Shown here piece by piece: positions 12,727-24,769 of a DNA stretch of 64,000 nucleotides. The stretch spans positions 6,946,001 through 7,010,000 of the forward strand of contig CM097885.1 of the NCBI GenBank assembly GCA_044892525.1. Reading direction: 5' to 3'. The position numbers and the translations under genes were made by a program. This stretch comes from Schmidtea polychroa. Taxonomy: Eukaryota. Within the stretch, counting starts at the first letter, position 1; each line of letters opens with the position of its first letter. Below the pieces are notes generated by a model. That model had not been told where the DNA came from, made no database searches, and saw only the letters and a program-made list of their open reading frames with translations.

Positions 12727-13507
12727 CTAAAACAAACTTTTCCATATTTCAGCTTCTTCTCTATCCAAATAAATATAATTATATTTTTCTTTCCAATGAT
12801 TATCAACAAACATATCAAACATATTCTTATCAGGTTCAACATTTGAAAATAAATCATTATAAATCATATTCTTATCACGGCGATCTAATTTAAAAAATAT
12901 AAAACAATTGGAATTATTTCTTATTGAATTTTTATCTAAAGCATAATATGTTTGAGATATATAAATAACATTACAATTATTATGTCGACCTCGTGTAAAG
13001 TAACTCTTTTGAATCTCTTGATTTTTCATATTAACAACATCATCAAATATAACTAGATTCTTTTTATCTTTAGGAAGTAAATCACAATGTAAAACATCTT
13101 CAGGTTTATTAGAGAATAAAACTTGAATTGCCTCCTGCCCTTCTTCACAAATATAATCATTTTTATTACTAATATCTGATTCTAAAATCTTTTCCTTATA
13201 CCAATCAACCATATCACAAGGTTGAAAAACTTCTTCAGGACACCTATGTTGATTTTTAAAAATATCAATTATTGCTTTTTTAGTTAATTTATTTTCAAAT
13301 CCACATTTCAAAAGTTGTAATTCTGGTTGATTTATGGTTGTAGAATAAAAGATTAAATTATTATAATCTAAAAATCATCTTCTCAAAACAAGTACATTCT
13401 TTCCACATCCAGAAGAACCCAACAATTAATAATCTAAAATTATCAGGAAATACTTTATTATTAAATTTACTCTTATGTCAATTTAAAATTGGTTTCCAAG
13501 TATCCAT
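12727..13507 (-). pseudogene. Packaging ATPase (A32/FtsK-like) with a frameshifted 5' end
   Basis: Walker B VIFDD, RGRH and ISQ lie in ORF 12727-13311. Walker A (FRLLIVG/SSGCGK) at ~13400-13440 is out of frame. ATG at 13507. Confidence 0.8.
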
Positions 13508-13521
13508 TTTATTTATTATAA

Positions 13522-14119
13522 AATGACAACTGAAGAATCTTTGCAAGAATTATAAATTCAAATAAAAATAAATCAGTAGTAATTGATGGTAAAAAATATT
13601 TTATTGGGAAAACATGTAAAAGAACAAGTTAGAGCGAAGCTCCACGAAGCTAAAGAAAGGTGGCATTCTTCCAATAGCTGCTTTAATACCTGCAATCATT
13701 GCTGGTTTATCAGGTGCTGCTGGAATAGCTGGAGGAATTGCAACTACAGTTCAAAAAAGCTAAAGAATCTCAAAAGACAGACCTAGAAAAAGAAAAACTA
13801 CAAACTGAAATCGATTCAATGAAGAAGGTAGGGCAAGCTAAAGGGGGAGTGTCCGATGGAAAGGGTCTCTATCTTAATCCATATGAGGGGAGTCCGGCAA
13901 AAGTCTCAGGGCAAAGGTCTCTATCTTGATCCTTATAAAGGTAGAGGTTTAAATGATTTTTTAAAAAATCAAATTTCTACATCTGAATCTTTATCTTTAA
14001 AAGATAAAGAAGATTTAAAAAAAATATGTAAATCTTTAAAGAATGGATGTCTTTGTAAAACTAAAAATGGCAAAGGTTTATACTTGAAGCCCTTTCCAAC
14101 GGATCCTTTACCAAAATGA
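13522..14119 (+). pseudogene. Core protein resembling adenovirus pX, split by frameshifts
   Basis: Across frames: GGILPIAALIPAIIAGLSGAAGIAGGIATTV followed by three GKGLYLxP repeats. Confidence 0.6.
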
Positions 14120-14141
14120 TACCATTTTTAATACCATAAAA

Positions 14142-15011
14142 ATGGTATATGAAGAAAGATTAGCACTTTTAAAAAAATTACAATCAGAACAAGATAAATA
14201 TAATAAAAAAGATACAAGTCAACATGCTGAATCTATAATATTAAATGAGGTAATAACACAACAACAGGGGCCAACAATTAAAGCTATAAAAGGATTAAAT
14301 GAGCAAGCAAAATTTAAAGAGTTAGAAGATGGAGGAAGTCCCCATGAACAAAAAATAAAAAAACTAGAGTGGAAGGAAGAATCCAGTGAAAGTCATTCTG
14401 AAAGAAATCAAAGAAAACGCAGAAGAATTTCTAATGCGGAAGAAGAAGAAGAAATGTTTTTAAAAACAAAACCTCTTAAAGTTGATCCTAAAATTAGAGA
14501 TGATTTACCTCCTTCAATTAGACCCACATTTAATACTAATACTGAAGGATATCAAATAATAACAATTAATAAACAAAACTTTACTTTATATTCAAATTCA
14601 GAAAATAAATCACGTATTCATTCACAAAATGTTTATAATAATGAATATTTAGACTTTGAATTTACAGATGATTTTTATAAATTACTTTGTGGATATTCTT
14701 CAGATGATCTTGAAGAAATTAAAAAATATTTAAATTTAATAAGATTAATAAGAGCTGGTTCTAAAGCAAAATATATTCAAGATTTAAAGAATTATTTAGA
14801 TAAAAATGAAAAGGGTTATGTTGTTACAGAGGGAGAGGGATTAATTAGTGAAGGAAATCCCATCAATCTTTTTATTGAATTAAGAAAACTATTAGCTGCA
14901 AGGAAAGCAGGACATAATAATTTAGATTCTGATATTTTAAAGATTTCTAAAGATTTGTTAAAACAAGGAATAATTTCAAAAGATAAATTTAATAAGTATA
15001 CGAAGTTATAA
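14142..15011 (+). CDS. Conserved Polinton-associated protein of unknown function
   Basis: 289 aa, NLS-like RKRRR. C-terminal GEGL..LRKLLAARKAGHNN..L..GII resembles a motif common in Polinton ORFs. Confidence 0.6.
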   Translation: MVYEERLALLKKLQSEQDKYNKKDTSQHAESIILNEVITQQQGPTIKAIKGLNEQAKFKELEDGGSPHEQKIKKLEWKEESSESHSERNQRKRRRISNAEEEEEMFLKTKPLKVDPKIRDDLPPSIRPTFNTNTEGYQIITINKQNFTLYSNSENKSRIHSQNVYNNEYLDFEFTDDFYKLLCGYSSDDLEEIKKYLNLIRLIRAGSKAKYIQDLKNYLDKNEKGYVVTEGEGLISEGNPINLFIELRKLLAARKAGHNNLDSDILKISKDLLKQGIISKDKFNKYTKL

Positions 15012-15063
15012 ATACGAAGTTATAAAATACGTAGTTTTAAAATACGAAGTTTTAAAATACAAA

Positions 15064-15531
15064 ATGACTCCTTCAATCGAATACCCCTCTATATTAGATT
15101 TTTTAAAAACATTTGGAATAAATGCAAAAACAAATTTTGATTTAAAAGATTATGCAAATTATTTAAATTTAAAAATTAAAATATTAATGAATGATGAATT
15201 ATCAAGTCTGGAGAGTCCCCTGAATATAATAATCAATTATCAAAATTCAAATGAAAAAGGATCTCATTGGGTTTGTATATATAAGAAATCTATCTACTTT
15301 GATTCTTTTGGGATTAAACCTACTAAAGAAGTTGAAGATTATCTCTTGAGGGGTTCTCCGATTGATTCCCCAAATGGTTATACTTTTAACTCTTTACAAG
15401 TTCAACCTTTGAATACTAAAATATGTGGTATTTTAAGTTTATATGTTTTGTATAGATTGAATATGGGGCATACGCAGGATTTTGAATCTATAATTCAAGA
15501 AATTTATAATGATCTAGAATCTCTACTATAA
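15064..15531 (+). CDS. Adenain-like cysteine maturation protease
   Basis: GSHWV, YFDSFG, VQ..TKICG (H-D-Q-C catalytic set). Confidence 0.9.
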   Translation: MTPSIEYPSILDFLKTFGINAKTNFDLKDYANYLNLKIKILMNDELSSLESPLNIIINYQNSNEKGSHWVCIYKKSIYFDSFGIKPTKEVEDYLLRGSPIDSPNGYTFNSLQVQPLNTKICGILSLYVLYRLNMGHTQDFESIIQEIYNDLESLL

Positions 15532-15579
15532 GGATTTTTACTATAAGGATTTTTACTATATGAATTTACTACTAAAGAA

Positions 15580-16344
15580 ATGGAGCTTCACAACCCTCCG
15601 GAAGATAATTTAAAAAAAATGGTAAACATAATGTCAGATAAATATTCAAGAACTTTATCTATAAATTCAAAAGAATCAGAGTTTACTATAAACTTTCAAG
15701 ATTCAATTAAATTAGATCAAAATTTAAATTATGAATTGGGGCTATTATGGTTTTGTGCTTATAATACTATTTTTAATATAACTAAAGATAATAATAAATT
15801 TACTATTCAAACTCGTGATGGGCATAAACCAGAAATTATAACAATAGAACCTGGGGCATATGAGATAAAAGATTTAAATGATATACTTTCTAAAAAAACA
15901 AATGAAGGAATTAAAATTAAAATGGATATACCAACTTCAAAATGTGTAATGACTTTGAAGAATATAAAAATTAGTTTTTTAGATAATTGTTTCTTTCACA
16001 CAGTTTTAGGATTTAAACCTATGGATATAACAATAAAAGAAGATAAAATAATAACATCAGAACATATTATAAAAATAATAAATACAAACACAATAAATAT
16101 TCATTGCGATTGTATAACAGGTTCTTATAATAATGGTAAACAAACAAATGTTTTATATTCCTTTCCCTCAAACACAGTTCCTATGGGATATAAAATAGTT
16201 GAAAGAATGAATCCTCCAAATTATTTACCTTTATGTAGAAAATATATAATGGATATTAATTTTAAAATTCTTAATCAAGAAGGAGAATTGATTGATTTTA
16301 ATGGAGAAGAGATTTCAATGTATTTACATTTGAAACAGGTTTAA
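15580..16344 (+). CDS. Minor capsid protein (penton-like)
   Basis: YELGL..NTIFNI..I.IEPGAY..INIHCD..VLYSFP..NQEGELIDFNGE..LHL pattern. Confidence 0.8.
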   Translation: MELHNPPEDNLKKMVNIMSDKYSRTLSINSKESEFTINFQDSIKLDQNLNYELGLLWFCAYNTIFNITKDNNKFTIQTRDGHKPEIITIEPGAYEIKDLNDILSKKTNEGIKIKMDIPTSKCVMTLKNIKISFLDNCFFHTVLGFKPMDITIKEDKIITSEHIIKIINTNTINIHCDCITGSYNNGKQTNVLYSFPSNTVPMGYKIVERMNPPNYLPLCRKYIMDINFKILNQEGELIDFNGEEISMYLHLKQV

Positions 16345-16370
16345 CGAAGTCCATTTTAAATTATTAATAA

Positions 16371-17381
16371 ATGAGTTCTTATATTCCATGTAATAGAGGT
16401 GGTGGAACAATAAAAACAGGGTTTAATACAGAAGAAATATTAACTTTAACAGAAAATAAATATATTAATGAAAGAGGTGATTCAATGAAGGGTGATTTAA
16501 TTTTAAATGGACACAAGATAAAAGAATTATCTTTTCCAACTGATGAAGCTGATGCAGTTAATAAGAAATATGTAGATGGTGTTAAAAAATATACTGATTT
16601 AACAACAACAAGAATTGAAAGTTCATTAACAACAAAAATTGATTCAATGGAATCAAAGCTTAATAATATCGAACAACGATTTAATGATAAATTTGACAAG
16701 TTACAAAGTCTGTTAACTGAACAAGTTGTAAAGTTAAATACTGCTATATTAAATTCTAAAGATAAACAAATTATGAATACTAAATTTAATGCAATATATA
16801 ATATAATAAATGAGATGATTACATCATTTAATAAAAGAATTTCAAATTTAGAGTCTCATGGAACACACATTAACACCACACATAGTATTAGAAAAAGAGC
16901 TGCTGAATTAGAACAGAATAAAACATTATTACCCCATACATATAAACATTTTATAGAACCAAGTTTAATAACAACAAACAGTAAAGAATGGGGTGTTTTT
17001 ATGGTTGTAAAAATTATTGATCCTTATTTCTTTTTGTTTGATGATGATAATGAAAGAATGAAATGGTTTGTGAAATGTGATTATAATAGTAAGCTTGAAA
17101 AGGGTGATGTTATAATGACTAGTTATGATTTACCACACGGAGATTGGTATGTTAATACTCATTCACATGGACTACATAAAGTTAAAAGTAAGAATATTCA
17201 TTTTTCTAGTTCACTTGTACAATATATAGATTTAATATTTTATGAAAAAAAGGTTGATGTTGATGAAGTTCGTAAAGCATTGAGAGAATTGTATAAAGAT
17301 ATCCTCTCAACAAGAGTTTCTTTTGATATCCGAGTATTGGTGCCAGATGGTGCTCAGAAGAATAAAGTCTTATTTTTTTAA
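16371..17381 (+). CDS. Putative fibre/attachment protein
   Basis: GDSMKGDLILNGHKIKELSFPTDEADAVNKKYVD fibre-type motif, then a coiled coil and a globular C-terminus; follows penton. Confidence 0.55.
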   Translation: MSSYIPCNRGGGTIKTGFNTEEILTLTENKYINERGDSMKGDLILNGHKIKELSFPTDEADAVNKKYVDGVKKYTDLTTTRIESSLTTKIDSMESKLNNIEQRFNDKFDKLQSLLTEQVVKLNTAILNSKDKQIMNTKFNAIYNIINEMITSFNKRISNLESHGTHINTTHSIRKRAAELEQNKTLLPHTYKHFIEPSLITTNSKEWGVFMVVKIIDPYFFLFDDDNERMKWFVKCDYNSKLEKGDVIMTSYDLPHGDWYVNTHSHGLHKVKSKNIHFSSSLVQYIDLIFYEKKVDVDEVRKALRELYKDILSTRVSFDIRVLVPDGAQKNKVLFF

Positions 17382-17389
17382 TTATTAAA

Positions 17390-17986
17390 ATGGAAGAAGT
17401 AAGAGAAGAAAAATTTTACCCCGAATTGAGATCATCAGGATATTATTCTTCCAAGGCCTCGGCTCCCACAGAACTTGAAATTATGAGAGTAAAAGAATTT
17501 AAATCAGAAACCTTACATTTACAAGATTTATTAAAGCATTATAAAAAAATTAAAAATAGATGGAATAAAGGGAATACAGTTTTAAAAGTTATAGGTTATT
17601 CTTTAGGATTTGCATCTGCAATATTAACAGTTATTTTACCCATAACTTTACCAGTTGTTACTCTTGCACCTGTAATACTTGGAAGTATTTCTGTGGCTGA
17701 TGGTTTCTTAACTGAAATAGTTTCATTATCTTATACTTCTAAAAAGAAAAGTTTATATAGAGAAGTTTGTTTATCAATAGAATTAGGAATCTCTAAATTA
17801 TTTTTATTTCAATTAAAAGCTTTGGAAGATGGAATCCTGACAGACGAAGAAATAATGAAATCAAATCAAATAATACAAGATATAAAGAATGAGGTTATAA
17901 GATTAAAAAGGGAGGGCATGGTGGCTAATGTTATAAGTAATAAAAAAACATCTCGAGAAAAATGGTTAAAGAATTCTTACTTATAA
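17390..17986 (+). CDS. Predicted membrane protein (hydrophobic hairpin flanked by helices)
   Basis: 198 aa, hydrophobic stretch VLKVIGYSLGFASAILTVILPITLPVVTLAPVILGSISV. Confidence 0.6.
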   Translation: MEEVREEKFYPELRSSGYYSSKASAPTELEIMRVKEFKSETLHLQDLLKHYKKIKNRWNKGNTVLKVIGYSLGFASAILTVILPITLPVVTLAPVILGSISVADGFLTEIVSLSYTSKKKSLYREVCLSIELGISKLFLFQLKALEDGILTDEEIMKSNQIIQDIKNEVIRLKREGMVANVISNKKTSREKWLKNSYL

Positions 17987-18080
17987 AATGGGTGTATTTT
18001 TAAAAAAGTAGATCAGGTTGCTATAGTTGCTTAAATTAATTGTCGACATTTTATTATTAAAAAATTAAATATCGTTGGTT

Positions 18081-18598
18081 TCAGTTATGGTTGAAAGCCA
18101 ACCTATGAATCATTAATTTATGATCTTTAAATTCTTTATCACTTAGACCTTTTATATATTCAGGATCAGTATTAAAATATTTAAGTTCTAAACATATAGG
18201 ATTAAAAACTTGAGAATATAAAGGTTTCTCGATTTCTCTCTCGGGATAAATAATTTCAACATTATAAATATCAAGATCAGTAATCTTTGTATCATATAAC
18301 TTATTCAACTTTTCTAGATTTTTTATTATAGGGATTAAATTATGAATCTTTTATCATCATAATTTGATAATGATACTTTTTGAGATTCTATCAAGTGAAC
18401 ATCATGGTTTTCACTTTTAAGTTGATGTATTTCATCAATTTTATCTTTATGATTTGGATTCAATGTATCTATATAATCTTGATGAGAAAGATTCTTTGCC
18501 ACCACTCTCTGTATTCCTTTACATCTGTTATCCTTTAAATTAGTAATATTTTTTATAATTTCAAAAATGTTATTTTCTTGATTTTTAGTTTCCATCAT
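18081..18598 (-). pseudogene. Diverged duplicate of the pPolB C-terminal region
   Basis: KGIQ..SHQDY..NYDDKRFI and ITDLD..EIIYPE..ELKYFNTDPEYI match the end of 18623-20662. An out-of-frame deletion lies at ~18340. Confidence 0.85.
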
Positions 18599-18622
18599 TT
18601 TATAGTGTTAAAATTCTAATTC

Positions 18623-20742
18623 TTAGACCAGTCGTAATTGATTTATAATTATTTCTGCAGTAATGCTTTTTAACATTAATTTATGTGATTTAAAGTCTTC
18701 TGGTGTTAGTCCTTGGATATATTCAGGATCAGTATTAAAATATTTAAGTTCTATAGGTTTTATATTTTGAACTTGATTATATAAAGGTTTAGGAATTAAT
18801 ATTTCAGGATATTGGATTTCTACTTTAGCAAGTTGAAGGTCTGTAATCTCTAGGTTATAAATTTCATTTATTTTATCAAGATTTTTTATTATAGGGATTA
18901 AATCATTTCCAATAGGTAATGTTGTCTTCAAGTCAGAAAGTATAAATCTTTTATCATCATAATTTGTTATAGCAATCTTGTTACACTCTTCAAGATATAT
19001 ATTATGTTTCTCTGATTTAAGATGATGGGTTTTAGCAATTTTATTTTTATAATTTATATTTAATGAATCTTTATACTCTTGATGTGTGAAGGTTTTTGAC
19101 ACTGATTTTTGAATTCCTTTACTTTTATTTTCTTTATAGCTTTTCGGGTTTTCAGGGAATGAAGGATATTCAAATGTGTGATCTATTTCAACAGATCCTT
19201 CTCCCTCCCCTATTATAAATTTTATTGTATGCTCTTTCATAATTGGTTTGTCTTTCATTTCAAGAGAATATTGTTTAGGTCTAATAAACACTCCTCCACT
19301 TATTGGAGTATTTGGTTTTTCATCTTTAAAAGTAAATAATTCTCCAGAGTTGTTTATTAATTTATTTAAGGTTTCGTTTTCACTTATTTCCTTTTTTAAA
19401 TCTTTACTATGACCTTTTAAAAACATACTATCAGTGTCCATAGCATGCATGGATATTCGATCTCCAAAATGTGGTACTAGAACATCATAGTAGGCTTCAT
19501 ACATTTGAAGCTTTGAAAGTTCTAAAATTGAAAACCCTATAAAGATTGGTTTATTATAAGTTTTTACAGAGTTTTTAATCTCTATGGCTATAAGGTTACT
19601 AGAGAATATCTCGGCATTTTTAAATGTGGGCTTTCCAATTATCCGGTTGTACCTATTAAGGTCTTTTGATGTATTGGTCAAAAGCTCTACACGTGTGTAC
19701 TTGTCTATATTCTCCATGGTCTTTCCAAAGACCGCATTGTTCAGGAGTTTGTAAATCATATCAAGAAATGCATTTCCAGCTCTCTTTGCTGCATTTCTTT
19801 TCAAAATATTTCCCTCTATGAATTTTTTCATAAAAGGGGCTTGTCGAAATTTAATAATGGAATGTACTTTTTTTAAAACCATTCCATGGGAGAGATAAAA
19901 CTGAAGGAGTCTATAATGACAAAGGTAATCAGTTTTATCGGTCTGATCGCATAAAAGTTTTATACAGGGCGATCTATCCTGAGCCATCTGCCAGTCTGAA
20001 AGTTCTTCAGTCGAGATCTTTCTTCTTACTGGAGCAAATGGAAAGAATCTTGTCCTGGATTTTATTTCATTGGGATATTCAAGATCGCATTCTATGACAT
20101 ATCCAAATTGAGAATCTTTTGGTGTTTTTAGAATTTCTTGTATTAATTCCTCAGTGGGCTCTTCCCAGGTGAACTTGCCAATTGGAAGGTATTGAGTCAT
20201 TACTCCCGCATATAAAGCTGTTGCATCTATATACATTATTTCAGAAGGATTAGAAAGACCTTCCATTATTTCCTTACGATCTTCTGGGTTTGTTATTTCT
20301 ACATATAGAGCATCAGGATCTTTGAAAAATTTAGGATAAAGAGTTGTAAAATTATTAGCATTTATTTCTCTATTCCCTTGTACTGAAGAAATACCTCCTC
20401 TAATATTATGTTTATATACATTAAACATATCAAGCTCAACTAATAATTCAATAGTTTTATTTCTTACTGCTACATCTTCATCAGTCCATATGGTATATAA
20501 TAATATATCCCAAGCTAGAGAGGGAGCGGTTATATAATTATAAGGTTTTAATTCAAAAGCTTTTGAAAATGTCTCGAAGCAATCAGCTAAGATATAAACA
20601 TCCAAGGAAAGATACATGTCAGTATATTCTCCAAGGTTTCTACAGTTGAATAGATTCCACATTTTAACTGCACGGGAATATTCCTGATCAGAAATCCCTG
20701 ATTGTGTTAAAACAGAAAAGAAATCTTCTTGGGGTGGGAGTA
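18623..20742 (-). CDS. Protein-primed family B DNA polymerase, 5' part in gap
   Basis: YLSLDVYILAD, YIDATALYA, KLLNNAVFGK, MDTDS, RPKQY, KGI. Confidence 0.95.
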
Positions 20743-20982
20743 NNNNNNNNNNNNNNNNNNNNNNNNNNNNNNNNNNNNNNNNNNNNNNNNNNNNNNNNNN
20801 NNNNNNNNNNNNNNNNNNNNNNNNNNNNNNNNNNNNNNNNNNNNNNNNNNNNNNNNNNNNNNNNNNNNNNNNNNNNNNNNNNNNNNNNNNNNNNNNNNNN
20901 NNNNNNNNNNNNNNNNNNNNNNNNNNNNNNNNNNNNNNNNNNNNNNNNNNNNNNNNNNNNNNNNNNNNNNNNNNNNNNNNNN
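20743..20982. other. Assembly gap (240 N)
   Basis: Run of N. The two sides belong to different Maverick families. Confidence 1.
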
Positions 20983-21396
20983 TAATCTTATTAGAAAATC
21001 TCCTGTTCAGTTCCTACAATATTCTATGGAATATTTAAAATACCCAATAACTTATTCATTTAAAGTAAATATATTTATATCATTTAATCAAATATTAATT
21101 AAATTTTTTATTAGGAACCTTTAACTTTGAAACAGAGTTTATATAATATACAAGTAGGTAAAATTGGAGATATCGATAGAAAAAATATTTTAGAATTATT
21201 GTTGGCTATCAATAAAAATATTCAATTCAATGAAAACTTTACATTTATGAATTGTGATAAAGATTATGCTTTAGAAAATATTAAAAAAGAAAATGAAAAT
21301 TCACATTTTATGATAAAAATTCAAATTCAGGGTTTTAAAGAAGGAAAAGAAACAATCAGCCCTATATGGAAAATAATTGATACTAATATATTATAA
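20983..21396 (+). CDS. Spliced hypothetical protein (5' partial), orthologue of 43234-43668
   Basis: YLKYPITYSFK | intron 21065-21114 (GT..AG) | EPLTLK..IQG..PIWKI. Confidence 0.75.
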
Positions 21397-21844
21397 GTCT
21401 TTATTTGTTTCTTATGTTATGGTATACATTATAATTTAATTAAAAATATTGCATTTAAATATAATTTTTTTATTGATAAATTTAAATTGATTAAATAAAA
21501 TAATTAAATTTAAATAAAATCATAAATTATTATTATCTAATAAATTCAAAATTGTTTTAATTTTTACTTTGAGTAAATTAAATTAAATTCAAATTTGTAA
21601 AATAAATTAAAATGAAATATAATACTTACAAAAGTTTGGGTATTGATAAAAGCGACTTTTAAATGAATTGTTTTCATTTATATACTACATATTACACAAC
21701 AATGACTCAATAAAATAGTAACCAATAAAATTCAAGAAACCAAACACGTAATCACATACCATTAAATTATATTTACTAGTAGGATGACATAAAAAATTAC
21801 AAACTAACAAGATAATATTTATTTGATTAAATTTTCTTATATTC

Positions 21845-22225
21845 AAAGATCTTTCATTGACTTCAACTACGCTAAACAATGTTGCCCAGATGTTTTTGTC
21901 AATGGACTTTGATAACGAATTTTATTATATTCAATTGGCATTAACAGTGGTTGAAGTTTTGATATTAATAGAGGATAATAAAACCCCATGGGATCAAATG
22001 CATATATTTTTTCCGGTTTCACAAAAACTGCGAGCCAATGCTCTCCCTTGAGATTACAAGATTGAGTATTTACAATTAAAGCCTTGTTTACATCAATATA
22101 TGGTATTTTATCTAATGGAAAAACTCCAAGAAATTCAGCTCCGAACAATCTTCGACCTATATATTCAATCTGAATAGAACTATTATCAATAAATTAAAGT
22201 AATAAAAATGAAATTCTTACTTCAT
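21845..22225 (-). pseudogene. Adenain-like protease, spliced and inactivated
   Basis: ATGAA | intron 22180-22220 | ..HWLA..FDPMG. Catalytic TCG changed to TSG; W changed to a stop. Confidence 0.8.
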
Positions 22226-22287
22226 TTTTAATAATTATTGTTTCCTAATTTGGTTTATGGTTCAAGCCAATCATTTTAAAACTTTAT

Positions 22288-23488
22288 TTACACTAGTACT
22301 GTACGATTGGATGTAATTTGAATCTCTTTTTCAAAGACGCCATAGACTATTACAGAAATTGATTCTGTTAGAGGTGTTCCAAATTTAATATCAAGTCTTA
22401 AATTTCCTTGCTGTGGCAATTGACTTTGATTAAGACCAAAGTCAGGAGCCAATACAAATGTAAAGAATGGATACTTTTCTTTAAAGTCAGACATACTAAT
22501 TCCACAATTAATATTCTTATTAAGGTAACCCATGTTTCTAATTATTGACTGCATATAACTTGTACTATAATTATCATTTTCAAAATCTTGACTATATTTT
22601 TCACGATAGTCGCTTCCTTTCAATAAAGTTATTGATCTTACATTATTGTGGTCGTACATTGAATAAGAATTTGTTAGTGATCCATTATTTCTTTTATTTC
22701 TTTTAAATGTTACAAGGATAAAATTTGGTAATCGCTGATCACCAAAGATTTGTTCTTTATAAAAAGAAAAAGATCCAGTAGGTAACGAAAATTCGACAAC
22801 TTCCTTGCTTCTCAAAGGATAAATTGCATTTCTTGAAGCAAGTCCAATTTGATGATCAGCTAAAACGGATGGTTCAACTTGAACTCTTACCATTAATTTT
22901 GCATCTAATAATTCAATTTTAGGTTCTACTTTTGTACATGTTAAACTATGTGATGGACTTGATCTTGTCAATTTAATTTGGACACTAACACCAGGTAATA
23001 AATATTTTGGTTGATCCATAAAATCAAATTGTATTGGTGAACATAATGAAAATGGTTTAGATTTTGCAATCCACGCTTTTCTTATATTATCATCTTCACT
23101 GTACCCCATACCTTCTAAACATGTACGTTTTGTATCATGATTGTAATTTATGAGCAAATGTATCATTTCCTCCTTCAACTTTAATAGAATTAAAAATTAA
23201 TTCAGCTTCTTTAAAAAGAGTTTGGAAAAAGAAATCGTTTGCAGTTACAACAGAATCATCAGAAATATTTTCACCTACATTATTTACAACTTTCAAATGA
23301 AGATAAAGTAAAGTATCATTCAAATCTAAATATTCGGTTTGAGATCCGTTAATGTAAAATTGAATTGAAGAGGTACCAGTATCCGTAATTGAATTCGTTG
23401 GATAAATATCTTCAAATGAACCATGTTCAATTACTGCTTGAGGTGATGGTCTATCAAAAATACATAATTCAGATTTTGCACTAATCAT
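22288..23488 (-). pseudogene. Major capsid protein with a frameshifting deletion near 23150
   Basis: Both ORF halves align to the intact MCP at 45374-46597. Confidence 0.9.
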
Positions 23489-23740
23489 TTTTCGAATATA
23501 GTTCCAAAGCCTTTCATTATTTTGTTTATATGCTTCTTTAATGTTTTTCTGCGTTTAATCATTCCACCTTTTTGTTCATTCTCTTGTTTATTAAAAACAT
23601 CAGATACTTTATTAATTACAGTAGGCAAATGTTGAATTACATCAGGTAGTGAATCGACCTATTGTTTTTAACCAACCTGTTCCATATTATTTACCAACAA
23701 AATATGGTAAATCTCCACCAGATTGACTATTACTATTCAT
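23485..23740 (-). pseudogene. Core protein orthologue of 46594-46992 with an internal deletion
   Basis: QSGGDLPYF and QKGG segments retained; middle missing at ~23660. Confidence 0.7.
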
Positions 23741-24764
23741 TTATTTTACGAAAATGTAGTGTTAAATGTGTCTTGGTGTCTTTTGAAAATTTAACTAATT
23801 TTCCACTATCGTTGCGAATATTAATTTCAATGTTGTTTATAGATGAAGATGAAATTGGAAGGTACATTGGGTTCTTTATTTCTAACTGTAATACCTCTCC
23901 CTGTTCATATCTTTTAATCCATATCGATTTTAATAGAGGAACTCTTACATCACCAACATTTATTGGTTCAATGATATTAGAATAAATAAACATTTGTTGA
24001 TGAATTTTAAATATTTTTGGAATTTTCACACCAACAAAGTCTTTTTCATTATAAGTTTGATTCTTTAATCCTAAAGCTTTTGTTAATTTTTGATCAAAGG
24101 TGATATTTGAAATATCATCTACAAGTGTTATTTTTACCAATTCTTGATTTTGAAGATTTATTTCTTTAAATGGAGATGGATTAATTGTCATAAAATACAC
24201 TCGCAACTCTGATAAAATAGTTAAGAATAATTCATCTTCAAAATAATGTTCGAATTTTGTCTTGATATCGTAATTTATAGTTATCCCAATTTGTTCAATG
24301 ATATTATTTTCAGTAAATTTAGGTAATTTAATTCGACAATGGTCAGTTTTGCTAATGATTGATATGGTTTTTAATTCAAACTTAGATGCATGTTTGGTGT
24401 CAAGAAATGATATTTTAAATGGAACATGTGGACAAACTATCACTAAGTTTTCATATCTTTCCAAGAACACATCAACATCTGGATTATATGTAGAATTTAA
24501 AATTTCTAAGATTTTGTTTTGACTATCAATTTTCAAGTATTTAGTTTCTTCGCATGATTTTTTAAATTCGTATTGTACCCACGATTTACTGTAATACGGA
24601 AAATGATTATACACAAATGTAAAATCAATCAAAGCTACTTCCCACTTCACATTCAAATAAATTGGGTTTTGAAATTTAACTTTAAAATTACTAGCATTAT
24701 TATCAGGATAAATAAGATGACAACTATTACTAGGTAAAATCATATAAAACTGGTTTTCCTTCAT
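23733..24764 (-). CDS. Minor capsid protein (penton-like)
   Basis: FYMILPSNS..WEVAL..FIYSNII..VGDVRVPLL..LHFR. Confidence 0.9.
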   Translation of the reverse strand: MKENQFYMILPSNSCHLIYPDNNASNFKVKFQNPIYLNVKWEVALIDFTFVYNHFPYYSKSWVQYEFKKSCEETKYLKIDSQNKILEILNSTYNPDVDVFLERYENLVIVCPHVPFKISFLDTKHASKFELKTISIISKTDHCRIKLPKFTENNIIEQIGITINYDIKTKFEHYFEDELFLTILSELRVYFMTINPSPFKEINLQNQELVKITLVDDISNITFDQKLTKALGLKNQTYNEKDFVGVKIPKIFKIHQQMFIYSNIIEPINVGDVRVPLLKSIWIKRYEQGEVLQLEIKNPMYLPISSSSINNIEINIRNDSGKLVKFSKDTKTHLTLHFRKINE

Positions 24765-24769
24765 AATAT

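Larger units (their letters stand above)
8768..20742. mobile_element. Maverick/Polinton (adintovirus-like) element A, right part lost in the assembly gap
   Basis: Begins AGTAGT, typical of Maverick ends. Contains MCP, rve integrase, ATPase, adenain, penton and pPolB genes. Confidence 0.9.

Noticed and set aside
12217..12893. Antisense or alternate-frame ORFs over real genes (also 16379, 23662, 42432, 46607, 59112, 62544)
   Set aside because: Shadows of stronger coding frames, with no independent conservation.
10000..17392. TAAA(A)TG starts as poxvirus-like late promoters
   Set aside because: Indistinguishable from an A-rich invertebrate Kozak context in AT-rich DNA.
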